Shown: positions 53,257-62,237 of the stretch, in pieces | How positions within the stretch are numbered: position 1 is the stretch's first letter | Layout: every line of letters starts with the position of its first letter | DNA from: Alphaproteobacteria bacterium | GTDB taxonomy: Bacteria; Pseudomonadota; Alphaproteobacteria; UBA6615 | Reading direction: 5' to 3' | Assembly: GCA_009694135.1 (NCBI GenBank) | Contig: SHVS01000008.1 | Coordinates: 2,716 to 66,715 of the forward strand | Length of the DNA: 64,000 bases | Program-made: the position numbers and the translations under genes | Notes under the pieces: generated by a model | Databases searched by the model: none | Told to the model about the DNA's origin: nothing | What the model saw: only the letters and a program-made list of their open reading frames with translations

Positions 53257-54918
53257 GGCGAGCGCTTCGCGGCCGACGACGCGCTTGATGGTCCAGCGCA
53301 GCCGGGCGGCGACCTCCCCCGGCGCGCCGGAGCCGGTGATTTCGGCGGAGAGCACGACTTGCTGCGTTGGCCGCGCCGCGCCCGGCCCGCCGAAATAAAT
53401 GCTCTCCGCCAGCGCGAGCTGCGCTCCCGAGGCTTGCAGGCGAAACCCGCCGCCGTTCGGCAGACGCAGCAGCGCCGCCCGACCGCCGTCGACTAGCGCC
53501 GCGCGCACATTCGGGTGCAGATGGAAACGCGCGACACAGCTTTGCGCCACGCGCCGCCCGTCGCCGATGCGCGTAAGCGTATCCTCGCCGCGCACGTCGT
53601 CGCCGCCGGCATCGAGATAGATCCGCCGCCGGTGCAACAGGCCGAAGGCGTGCCGGTAGCCGTCATGCGCCGCGTCCAGCCAGTGGTTGCCATCGACTTC
53701 GGTGCGCGCGCGCGTGAACTTGCCCATCACGCGGCCGAAGCCGCCGGGCAGAAGCTCGACCGCGTTGGTGTCATCGACCGTGAGCGTCGAATGCGCGGCG
53801 GTCGAACGCTGCGCCATGCGCCAGCCGTCGCGCTCGCCCGGACGGCCGCCGGCATTGACGATCAGCCGCTCGCGCCCGGAGGACAGCTCGAAGGACAGCG
53901 GCCCGGCATGCGCGTGCTGGGCGTGGTCGACCGGCGGCGGGCGGCCGGTGTCGATCAGCAGCAGCGTGCGCCCGGCGGACATCCGGTCATAGCCCCATTC
54001 CGGCGCTTCGGCGGGCGTGCGCGCATGCGGCCACGCCTGGGCGAGCGCTTGCTCGACCTCCTCGCGCGCTTCCTCGCGCCCGCCGTTGAACTGCGCCAGC
54101 CGTCCGTCGCCGTGGCGCAACATGCGGAGCATCACCGACGACCGGTCGATGGCGCGATCCAACCCCTGCGGCGGCTCGCGTTCGCCGGCGCGCAGCGCGG
54201 CGCGCAGCTCGATCAGATGGCGCAGCAACTCGAGCTGGGCCGAAGGGTTGCGCGAGGCATGGCCGCCGTCGTGCAACAGCTGGCGGTCGAGTGTGCGCAA
54301 GACTTGGCGCAAGTTGCGCTCGATCCAGCTCTCGTACCCATCGAGCGCCAGGCCGGCGACCACCAGCGTCTTGAGCGCCGCAAGCCGGTCGAGCCCGTCG
54401 CCTTCGGGCAAAGTACGCGCCAGGTGGCGCGCCTGGCGGATGAGCGAGTCCATCACCCGCCGGCAGAAGTCCTCCTCCGCGCTGGCGGCGAAGAACTCGA
54501 AGGCGGCGAGCCAATTGTATAGCCGCCGTCCGAGCACATCCCCGGCCCAAGTGATTTCGTGCCACACCGGGAAATCGTCGATCCAGCGCGCAACCAGTTC
54601 GCGCGCGCGGCGGCGCGCATCGGCCCCGCCCTGAGCACGCAAATCCGCCAGCCACTCGAAGCCGTTGAGCGCCTTGATCGTCTGCCGGTCGGCGCCCGCC
54701 GGCGTCCAGGATTGGCCCAGATCGAGGCCAAGCCCGTCATCGCCGAGCGGCAGCCGGCCGCGCGCGAGCGCCGCGCCTTTGAGCGCGTCGCCGGCGAATG
54801 GGGTCGGTGGGATGAGCCGCAGCGCGACCGGCGCGCGCCGGGACAAAATGGCGTCGTAAAGAGCATGGCCGGATAGCAGCTTGCCGAGGGAGCCACGAAA
54901 TGCGCCGACAGAGATCAT
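53251..54918 (-). CDS. heparinase II/III-family protein
   Basis: 555 aa. My recollection is that proteins of this family have this size and position (between purH and rpe/rsmB) in other alphaproteobacteria. I verified no catalytic motif by eye. Confidence 0.55.
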   Translation of the reverse strand: MISVGAFRGSLGKLLSGHALYDAILSRRAPVALRLIPPTPFAGDALKGAALARGRLPLGDDGLGLDLGQSWTPAGADRQTIKALNGFEWLADLRAQGGADARRRARELVARWIDDFPVWHEITWAGDVLGRRLYNWLAAFEFFAASAEEDFCRRVMDSLIRQARHLARTLPEGDGLDRLAALKTLVVAGLALDGYESWIERNLRQVLRTLDRQLLHDGGHASRNPSAQLELLRHLIELRAALRAGEREPPQGLDRAIDRSSVMLRMLRHGDGRLAQFNGGREEAREEVEQALAQAWPHARTPAEAPEWGYDRMSAGRTLLLIDTGRPPPVDHAQHAHAGPLSFELSSGRERLIVNAGGRPGERDGWRMAQRSTAAHSTLTVDDTNAVELLPGGFGRVMGKFTRARTEVDGNHWLDAAHDGYRHAFGLLHRRRIYLDAGGDDVRGEDTLTRIGDGRRVAQSCVARFHLHPNVRAALVDGGRAALLRLPNGGGFRLQASGAQLALAESIYFGGPGAARPTQQVVLSAEITGSGAPGEVAARLRWTIKRVVGREALAS

Positions 54919-54948
54919 CGGAACCGTGCCCCCGGGAGGATCACTGGG

Positions 54949-55629
54949 CTAGCCCGCGCGCAACGCCCGGATATTATCGGCATAGGCCGCCGGGCCGCCG
55001 GTAAAAGTGGCCGTGCCGGCGACCAGCACATCGGCGCCGGCGGCGATCGCCTGCGGCGCGGTTAAGCGGTCGATGCCGCCATCGACCTCAAGCGCGATCG
55101 GCGCGCCGCCCGCCTTCACCCGCGCGTCGATCATCGTCCGCACGCGGCGCAGCTTTTCCAGCGCGCTGGGGATGAATTTCTGTCCGCCGAAGCCGGGATT
55201 GACGCTCATGATCAAGACCAGGTCGAGCATGTCGAGCACGCCGTCGAGCGCCTCGACCGGGGTTGCCGGGTTGAGCACCACGCCGGCCTTTTTGCCCAGG
55301 GATTTGATGGTTTGCACCGTGCGATGCAGATGCGGGCCGGATTCCGGATGGACCGAAATCACATCGGCCCCGGCATCGGCGAAGGCTGGAATCAGCGGAT
55401 CGACCGGGCCGATCATCAAATGCACGTCGAAGGTCTTCTTGCTGTGCGGGCGCAAAGCCTGCACCACCAGGGGCCCGATGGTCAGATTGGGCACGAAATG
55501 CCCGTCCATGACATCGATGTGGATCCAGTCGCAGCCGGCGGTATCGATGGCGCGCACCTCCTCGCCCAGCTTGGCGAAGTCGGCGGACAGGATCGACGGC
55601 GCGATCCGAATGGGCGACGCGGATTTCAT
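54949..55629 (-). CDS. rpe: ribulose-phosphate 3-epimerase
   Basis: [17 protein letters not shown]...[17 protein letters not shown]...DVHLM...[12 protein letters not shown] motifs. I chose the ATG at 55629. Confidence 0.95.
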   Translation of the reverse strand: MKSASPIRIAPSILSADFAKLGEEVRAIDTAGCDWIHIDVMDGHFVPNLTIGPLVVQALRPHSKKTFDVHLMIGPVDPLIPAFADAGADVISVHPESGPHLHRTVQTIKSLGKKAGVVLNPATPVEALDGVLDMLDLVLIMSVNPGFGGQKFIPSALEKLRRVRTMIDARVKAGGAPIALEVDGGIDRLTAPQAIAAGADVLVAGTATFTGGPAAYADNIRALRAG

Positions 55630-55679
55630 AAGCCCTGGTAACAGGCGAGTCGCGAGGGAGCAAGCGGCAGCGAGACGCT

Positions 55680-56234
55680 TTAGCGGCCGCCTTCCCTGAT
55701 GCCGCGCTGACGCATCAAATCGCCGAGGCGTGCCCCATCGAGGCGGCAGGTGGCGATCACGCGATCGTATGACGTGCATTGTCCCGGACGGCGGGCGCCT
55801 TCACAGGCGGTGCAGACCACCTCGCGGCCCGCGGCGATGCTGCGCAAGGCCGCGGTCGCCGTCTGGCCGCCGGGCTCGTTCCATTCGGGGGCGTCGAAAT
55901 CGCCCAGGCGGATTTCGGTGCGTCCGACGACGATGCCATCGCCGTCGATGACCTTGTTCACGCGCCCCGAAATGGCCTCGTGTCCGGTCAAGAGGAAGGC
56001 GACTGTTCGCGCGGCATACGGCGTTTGCAGGGCCACGCCCACGCCCACGGTCACGAACAGCGCGACGATGGCGGCCAGCTGATACCAAGCTAAGCGCGCG
56101 TCACGATTGAGCGGCGGCCGTCTTCGCAGCGGTTTCGCTCGGCGCTGAGGCCAGCGCGGACCGAAACGTAAGACCTTTGTTTCGCGTGGCGGCTCCGACC
56201 CAAGGGACATGAAGGCTCCTGCGCGAGAGGGCAC
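55680..56234 (-). CDS. membrane-anchored thermonuclease (SNase)-like protein
   Basis: One TM segment, then [21 protein letters not shown], which resembles the staphylococcal nuclease motif. The start is uncertain (56234 or 56210). Confidence 0.6.
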   Translation of the reverse strand: MPSRAGAFMSLGSEPPRETKVLRFGPRWPQRRAKPLRRRPPLNRDARLAWYQLAAIVALFVTVGVGVALQTPYAARTVAFLLTGHEAISGRVNKVIDGDGIVVGRTEIRLGDFDAPEWNEPGGQTATAALRSIAAGREVVCTACEGARRPGQCTSYDRVIATCRLDGARLGDLMRQRGIREGGR

Positions 56235-56314
56235 GGCATTGGAGCCAATATTCGCGCAGGAACAGCTTCGGTCCGGTTAATGCGAGGAAGCCGCGAACTG
56301 CGGGCCGAAGTGCG

Positions 56315-57451
56315 TTAATTTCGCCTGAGCCTACAGGCGTAAAATCCATCCCAGCCGCCAAGCTCGGCCAGTTGGGAGGGCAGGGTGCGCAGGTCGCCCA
56401 GAGGCGTGATGGCCTCGGTGATGCCGCCGATCTCCGCCGGCGCGATCGGCACGCGCTCGACCGTCGCGCCGCGCGCCAGCAAAGCCGCGATCCGCTCTGG
56501 CCCTTCGGCGGGTTCGAGCGAGCACACGGCATAGACCAAGACCCCGCCCGGCGCGGTCAGGCGCAGCGCAGCGTCGAGCAATTTGTCCTGGGCGGCGGTC
56601 AGCAAGGCGAAGTCGAGTGTGCCGCGCCGCCGGGCGATGTCGGGATGGCGGCGGATGGTGCCGGTCGCGCTGCACGGCGCATCGAGCAAGACCTTGGCGA
56701 AGGGCGCCTCGGGCGCGTAGTCGCTCGCATCCCCGGTGATCACCGCGGCCGTCAGGCGGCAGCGTGCAAGGTTCTCGCCGATCATGGCGGCGCGCCGTGG
56801 CGAGCGTTCGACGGCGGTCACACTCGCGCCGAATGCCGCGAGTTGCAGCGTCTTGCCGCCCGGCGCGGCGCACAGGTCGAGCACGCGATCAAACGGCTGG
56901 GCCTGCAACAGCTTCGCCGGCAGGGCGGCGGCGGCATCTTGCACCCACCAGGTACCGGCGGAAAAACCCGGCAGCTCCTCGATCCGCCCATCGAAATCGC
57001 GCCGCAGAGTGCCGGTGGGCAAAAGCTTCGCGTCCAGCCGCGCCGCCCAGTCGCGCGCATCGCCGGCGCAGGAAATATCCAGCGGCGGCTCGCCCAGATG
57101 CGCGGCCGCGATCGCCTGCGCGGTGTCCTTGCCGTAGGCCTTGACCCAGTCGCGCCACAGGAACTCGGGCGCATTCAGCCGCGCCGCGTCTTGCGTCGCA
57201 ACCAGAGCCTTGCCCTCGCTATTGATGCGCCGCAGCACGGCGTTCACCAGCCCGGCCTGCGGCTCGAAGCCAAGCGCGCGCGTCAGGGCGACGGCGGTGT
57301 CGATGGCGGCGTAAGCAGGGGTGTCGAGGAACAGCAGCTGGGCCATGCCCAAGCGCAGCACGTCTTCGACCGGCGCCAGTTTCTCGGTCAGCGGGCGTTC
57401 CAGCCGGCGCGCGATCAGCGTGTCGATCTGCCCCAGGCGGCGTAGCGTCAC
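56315..57451 (-). CDS. rsmB: 16S rRNA (cytosine967-C5)-methyltransferase RsmB/Sun (coordinates are from the first canonical start; homology continues upstream to about 57600)
   Basis: SAM motif LDLCAAPGGKT and catalytic DAPCSATGT and VYAVCS motifs. The NusB-like N-terminal sequence ARAAAHAALTEVLRNGRTLDE is encoded in frame upstream of 57451, with no ATG/GTG/TTG. Confidence 0.9.
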   Translation of the reverse strand: MTLRRLGQIDTLIARRLERPLTEKLAPVEDVLRLGMAQLLFLDTPAYAAIDTAVALTRALGFEPQAGLVNAVLRRINSEGKALVATQDAARLNAPEFLWRDWVKAYGKDTAQAIAAAHLGEPPLDISCAGDARDWAARLDAKLLPTGTLRRDFDGRIEELPGFSAGTWWVQDAAAALPAKLLQAQPFDRVLDLCAAPGGKTLQLAAFGASVTAVERSPRRAAMIGENLARCRLTAAVITGDASDYAPEAPFAKVLLDAPCSATGTIRRHPDIARRRGTLDFALLTAAQDKLLDAALRLTAPGGVLVYAVCSLEPAEGPERIAALLARGATVERVPIAPAEIGGITEAITPLGDLRTLPSQLAELGGWDGFYACRLRRN

Positions 57452-57597
57452 CGTCGCCAGCAGCCTGGCGAAGGCGCGCTCGCGCCCCGCAAGCGCGGGG
57501 CCGCCGTGCGCCGCCTCGTCGAGCGTGCGTCCGTTGCGCAGGACCTCGGTCAGCGCGGCATGGGCCGCCGCGCGCGCGCCGATGGTAGTCGGGTCGG

Positions 57598-57978
57598 CTA
57601 CCAGTGCCAGACCTGATCGTGCTGCGCGACCAGCTTGGGCAGGCCGGCGCGGCGCACGCGCTTCACGCCATCGACCAGCTGCGTGTTGCCCAGGCCGCGT
57701 TCGACCGCGTCCTCCTCGACCAGATAGACATCGACGCCCTTGCCGATCAGGGCGGAGATATCCTTGTCGATGCGCGGCGGCTCGCTTTGCTTCCAGTCGC
57801 CGAAGACGATGCCGGACGCGTCTTGCCCCAAGACGGCGTAATTGGTGGCGTTCCCGCGCAGCAGCACGGTGAAATCTCCGCCGGCGCCCTTCATCGCATG
57901 CGTGATCCAGACGACGGTGTCGTCCTGCTCTTCGATCGTCGCGCGATAAGCGGATTCGATGACCTGGAGGACTTTCAT
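57598..57978 (-). CDS. DsrE/DsrF/DsrH-fold protein (TusB/C-like, no conserved Cys)
   Basis: 126 aa from ATG 57978, starting MKVLQVIES... It contains GVDVYLVEEDAVERGL and ends in VWHW, resembling DsrF/H-TusC/B. Confidence 0.65.
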   Translation of the reverse strand: MKVLQVIESAYRATIEEQDDTVVWITHAMKGAGGDFTVLLRGNATNYAVLGQDASGIVFGDWKQSEPPRIDKDISALIGKGVDVYLVEEDAVERGLGNTQLVDGVKRVRRAGLPKLVAQHDQVWHW

Positions 57979-57985
57979 GACCGGC

Positions 57986-58399
57986 TCACTTGGTGGCAAT
58001 CACGAGTGTATTGGTCGATTCCTGCGCGAATTTCAGGAAATCGCCCGGCGAGCCGCGCCGCACGCCCGCTATCGCATCCGCCGCGCCGCGTTCCTCGACG
58101 CAGAGTCCGCAGTTGACCCAATCGAGCTTGCCGCCATTGCGCTCCGTCTCGCGCATCAGCGCCGCTACCCAATCCTTGGGCAGCGGGTGGTTCTCCTGTT
58201 CGAGCGAGCGCCCATGCACGGCATTGGCGTGCGGCTTCTGCAAATTGAATGGCAGCCCGACCGCGCCCTCATAGGCGAAGACGTTGATCTTATAGCCGCG
58301 TTTGGCGGCGATGTGCATCAAGCGAAACGCCGTGGTGGTGCGCGACTGCTCGAAGGGCGCGTCCATCAGCGCAAAGGTGAGAGTCTTTTGTTCGGCCAT
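57986..58399 (-). CDS. DsrE/TusD-like protein with candidate persulfide Cys
   Basis: 137 aa starting LTFALMDAPFE... The VNCGLCVEERG context resembles the active-site C...RG of DsrE/TusD. Confidence 0.65.
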   Translation of the reverse strand: MAEQKTLTFALMDAPFEQSRTTTAFRLMHIAAKRGYKINVFAYEGAVGLPFNLQKPHANAVHGRSLEQENHPLPKDWVAALMRETERNGGKLDWVNCGLCVEERGAADAIAGVRRGSPGDFLKFAQESTNTLVIATK

Positions 58400-58486
58400 G
58401 GGTGCGATTCCTCGTGGTCCGATCCCGACACAACCGACCTCGGACTGGTCGTTGTGTCAGGTGAATCGGCCCACCAAATGATGGCT

Positions 58487-58816
58487 CTAGTGCCAGATGA
58501 CTTTACTGCTGGCGGCCATCTGGTCGACGACGAAGTCGAGCGGGGCGGCGGCGACGCCCGTGGCCAAGCGGTCGCGCGGGATGGCGCGTTCGCGTAAGCT
58601 GAACTCGTCGGCCAAAACCTTGACCCCGGATTTGACGATCGACGCCAGCTTGTCGGCTCGCGCGCCGAAACGGGCCGGCATCACGCCGTTCTGCACCAGG
58701 AACAGCGTCACGTCGTTGCCGTCCCTCGCCAGGCCCGCGGCCAGGTCATAATAGTAGCCGGCGACCTCGCTCGCTTCGAGCGGATCGCGCGATTCGATCA
58801 GAACATAACGCGCCAT
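58487..58816 (-). CDS. DsrE/DsrF/DsrH-fold protein (TusC/B-like)
   Basis: 109 aa starting MARYVLIESRDP... It contains GVKVLADEFSLRERAI and ends in VIWH. Confidence 0.6.
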   Translation of the reverse strand: MARYVLIESRDPLEASEVAGYYYDLAAGLARDGNDVTLFLVQNGVMPARFGARADKLASIVKSGVKVLADEFSLRERAIPRDRLATGVAAAPLDFVVDQMAASSKVIWH

Positions 58817-58917
58817 TTGTGCCGTCCTTTTATCTACGTGTACGACATGTAAATAGCTGCACGCAATCTACACGGACACTATGGCTTATTTCGCCGCTGC
58901 TGCCAATAGGCTGGAAT

Positions 58918-60015
58918 TCAGACGGTCGGCGGGTGCGTGGACGAGGCATCGAGAAAGCGCTGGTACTGCGCCTTGCCGGCTTCGTCCGACATGAAGGACA
59001 GCAGCACATAGCGCAGGCCGCGCGTGATCGGCTTGGCCTCATGCAGCAGGCTGCAGGAGAAAATCACCGCCGTGCCGGTTCCCGGCCGGTATTGCGTGTT
59101 GCCATATTCCGGGAAGCGCAGCTCGCCGCCCTCGAATTCCTCGGCATTGAGGACCAGGGTCATCGCCAACCGCCGATGCGCGGTCTGCGGCGTGGTGTTG
59201 TCGCGATGCGGGCGGAAATAGCCACCCGGCTCGGCGTCGTAGCAGACGATCTTGAACTCCTCGACCCAGGCGATGCGGGTATTGAACGCGCGCTGGATCT
59301 CGGGCGCGATGCGGCGGCGGAAGCGGCTGCTGATCGCCTCCAGCAAATCGGCATCGACGACATGATGGTCCTGCCGCCGCTTCACGCCGTAGTTGGGCGC
59401 CTTGACCATCCGCCCCTCTTCCATGCGGAAGGTGCCGGAGTCCTGATGGCCGCGGCGGTGGAATTCGCCGATCAGGTATGTGCAGAACGCGGGTTCGAGC
59501 GCCTCGGGGATGAGCAGGATCGGCGGGTGCATGGTCAGCTCGACCGGGCTTGCCGGCGCGAGCGCCCGGGCGCCGTCGAGCGCATCGCCGATCATCTCGT
59601 CGTCGGTGAAGACGGCGCGCACGCGTGCATTGGGGTCGAGCACGAAGGCGATCCTGCGGCCGGCGACGCCATAGCGCCTGGCGACCATTCCGTCGACATC
59701 GGCGACCAGCCGGGCCGCCTCGCCGACCGCCACCGCGTCGGAGACGAGTTCGAGCGGCCTGCCGCCGCACACCAGAAACAGATGCGCGCCGGCGGCGGCG
59801 AATTTCGGCGCGGTGGCGATAAACGCCTGGCGCGTGCCGGCGGCGTCGCGATTCGGCAGGAAGACGATGACGATCGGCCCGCCCTTGACCTTGTCATACA
59901 GGCTGATGTGGATGTCGCGCTGATCGGGCAGAAAAAAATCCGGCGCGCGCTCGCCCGGCTCGAGCGGCCCGGGCGGCAACTGCGGATTGGCGCCGAAGGT
60001 CGGAACATTAGCCAT
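58918..60015 (-). CDS. fusion of a Cys-less peroxiredoxin/redoxin-fold domain and a 2OG-Fe(II) oxygenase (prolyl-4-hydroxylase/PiuC-like) domain
   Basis: The N-terminus, GERAPDFFLPD...GGPIVIVFLPNRDAAGTRQ, has the AhpC/TSA layout but lacks the peroxidatic Cys. The C-terminus has RPHRD ... LLHEAKPITRGLRYVL (the HxD..H..R signature). The ATG at 60015 overlaps the folC stop by 8 nt. Confidence 0.7.
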   Translation of the reverse strand: MANVPTFGANPQLPPGPLEPGERAPDFFLPDQRDIHISLYDKVKGGPIVIVFLPNRDAAGTRQAFIATAPKFAAAGAHLFLVCGGRPLELVSDAVAVGEAARLVADVDGMVARRYGVAGRRIAFVLDPNARVRAVFTDDEMIGDALDGARALAPASPVELTMHPPILLIPEALEPAFCTYLIGEFHRRGHQDSGTFRMEEGRMVKAPNYGVKRRQDHHVVDADLLEAISSRFRRRIAPEIQRAFNTRIAWVEEFKIVCYDAEPGGYFRPHRDNTTPQTAHRRLAMTLVLNAEEFEGGELRFPEYGNTQYRPGTGTAVIFSCSLLHEAKPITRGLRYVLLSFMSDEAGKAQYQRFLDASSTHPPTV

Positions 60016-61297
60016 GGTCACGCAACACCCATCCGGCCAAATAGAGCGAGCCGCAAATCAATACCCGCGCCGGAGTTTTGGCCTTCGCCATGACCTTGGT
60101 CAAAGCCGCAGACGGATTTTCCGCCACCTCGGCTTCGATCCCGGCCGCGCGCGCCGCGGCCGCGGCCGCCTGGGCGCTCATGGACGGCGACTCGCCGGGA
60201 ATGGTCACCGCATGGAGGCCGGCAACAAAAGCCGCGAGCGGCGCGAGATATCCGGCCGCGTCCTTCGTCGTCAGCATGCCATAGATCAAATAAAGCGGCC
60301 GCTCCCGCCACAGCGCGAACTGCGTCGCCAGCACCGCGCCCGCGCCCGGATTATGCCCGCCGTCGAGCCACAACTCCCAGCCCGGCGGCAAGGCCGCGAC
60401 CAGCGGCCCGCGCGCGAGGCGCTGCAAGCGCGCCGGCCATTCGACCGCTGCGAGGCCACGCGCGAGCGCGCCGGGATCGAGCGCCAGGCCCGGCACATGT
60501 TCCACACAGGCGATCGCCTGGCCGGCATTGCCCAGCTGATGCGCGCCCGGAAGCGCCGGGGGCGGAAGAGCGTAAGCGCCCGCGCCTTGATAGTGGAAGC
60601 CGCCGCTCGCCGGCGTAACTGACCACTCGCGCCCCTGGCGGAACAAGGATGCGCCGAGCGATTGCGCCCGCGCATCGATCACTCGCGCGGCTTCGGGCGC
60701 TTGCGCCGCGATCACCGCCGGCACGCCGCGCTTCAGGATCCCCGCCTTCTCGCCGGCAATCGCCGCCAGCGTCGGCCCCAGAAAATCGGTGTGGTCGATC
60801 GACAGCGGCGTGATCGCGGCGACCAAAGGGTGCTCGATCACATTGGTCGCATCCAGCCGCCCGCCCAAGCCCACTTCGAGCAGGGTGAAATCGGCCGGTG
60901 TCTCGCTAAAGGCGAGAAACGCGGCGGCGGTGGTGATTTCGAAAAACGTGATCGGCGCGCCCGCATTGGCGCGCTCGGCGCGCACTAGGGCCTCCGCCAG
61001 ACGCTCATCGTCGATGATCGCGCCCGCGACGCGAATGCGTTCGTTGAAGCGCACCAAATGCGGCGAGGTGTAGACATGCACGCGCTTGCCATGCGCTTCG
61101 AGGATCGCGCGCAGGAAGGCGACGACCGAGCCTTTGCCATTGGTGCCGGCGACATGCAGCACGGGCGGCAGTTTGCGCTCGGGATGGTCGAGCGCCGCCA
61201 GCAGCCGCTCGATGCGGGTGAGCGAGAGATCGATCAGCTTCGGGTGCAGCCCGCCGAGCCGGGCGAGGATCGGCTCCGGCGCGGCGTCAGACGCCAC
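60008..61297 (-). CDS. folC: bifunctional folylpolyglutamate synthase / dihydrofolate synthase
   Basis: [11 protein letters not shown]-loop, Mur-ligase layout, and its position after accD. Confidence 0.92.
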   Translation of the reverse strand: MASDAAPEPILARLGGLHPKLIDLSLTRIERLLAALDHPERKLPPVLHVAGTNGKGSVVAFLRAILEAHGKRVHVYTSPHLVRFNERIRVAGAIIDDERLAEALVRAERANAGAPITFFEITTAAAFLAFSETPADFTLLEVGLGGRLDATNVIEHPLVAAITPLSIDHTDFLGPTLAAIAGEKAGILKRGVPAVIAAQAPEAARVIDARAQSLGASLFRQGREWSVTPASGGFHYQGAGAYALPPPALPGAHQLGNAGQAIACVEHVPGLALDPGALARGLAAVEWPARLQRLARGPLVAALPPGWELWLDGGHNPGAGAVLATQFALWRERPLYLIYGMLTTKDAAGYLAPLAAFVAGLHAVTIPGESPSMSAQAAAAAARAAGIEAEVAENPSAALTKVMAKAKTPARVLICGSLYLAGWVLRDHG

Positions 61298-62237
61298 GGG
61301 TCGGGTCGGCGCCCGGCGGCTGCGCTCGCTCGCCCTCGCCGTGCACGCGGACGACAGCGTCGGTGAGGGTCACCACCTCGCCCGCCGGTTCGGTCTGGCG
61401 CAACAGGCTGATCAGCCGGATGAGCGTCGACCGCAGCTCGCGCCGCGCGACCACCATATCCACCATGCCATGATCGAGCACGAATTCGGCGGTCTGGAAT
61501 CCGGCCGGCAGTTTTTCGCGCACCGTCTGCTCGATCACGCGCGCGCCGGCGAAGCCGATCAGCGCGCCCGGTTCAGCCAAATGGACATCGCCGAGCATGG
61601 CGAAGGACGCCGTGACGCCGCCGGTGGTCGGATCGGTCATCACCACAATATAGGGCAGGCGCGCCGCTTTCAGCTCCTCGACCGCGATGATCGTGCGCGG
61701 CAATTGCATGAGCGACAGAACGCCTTCCTGCATCCGCGCCCCGCCCGACGCGGTGAATACGATCAGCGGGGCGGATTGCAGCTTGGCAAGCTTGGCGGCG
61801 GCGACGAAGCCTTCGCCCACGGCGACGCCCATCGACCCGCCCATGAAGGCGAAGTCGAGCACCGCGACCACGACCGGGTGTTGTCCCAACCGCCCATGCA
61901 CGACGACGATCGCCTCGCTTTCTCCGGCGCGTGCCTGCGCCTCTTTCAGGCGGTCGGTGTAGCGTTTGGCGTCGCGGAATTTGAGCGGGTCGAGCGGCAC
62001 CGCCGGCAATTCGATGCGCGTGTAGTCATCGTCGCCGAACAGGATCTCCAGCCGCCGCTTGGCGCCGATGCGCATGTGATAGCCGCAATGGCCGCACACG
62101 CGCTGGTTCGCCTCCAGCTCGCGGTGGAACAGCATCTGGCCGCACTTGCCGCATTTTTCCCACAGATTGTCGGGGACGTCTTTCTTGCCGACCAGCGCCT
62201 GGAACTTCGGGCGCACGACGCGGGTGAGCCAATTCAT
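61287..62237 (-). CDS. accD: acetyl-CoA carboxylase carboxyltransferase beta subunit
   Basis: N-terminal zinc ribbon [26 protein letters not shown] and a carboxyltransferase domain (GGSMG). Confidence 0.95.
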   Translation of the reverse strand: MNWLTRVVRPKFQALVGKKDVPDNLWEKCGKCGQMLFHRELEANQRVCGHCGYHMRIGAKRRLEILFGDDDYTRIELPAVPLDPLKFRDAKRYTDRLKEAQARAGESEAIVVVHGRLGQHPVVVAVLDFAFMGGSMGVAVGEGFVAAAKLAKLQSAPLIVFTASGGARMQEGVLSLMQLPRTIIAVEELKAARLPYIVVMTDPTTGGVTASFAMLGDVHLAEPGALIGFAGARVIEQTVREKLPAGFQTAEFVLDHGMVDMVVARRELRSTLIRLISLLRQTEPAGEVVTLTDAVVRVHGEGERAQPPGADPTRGV

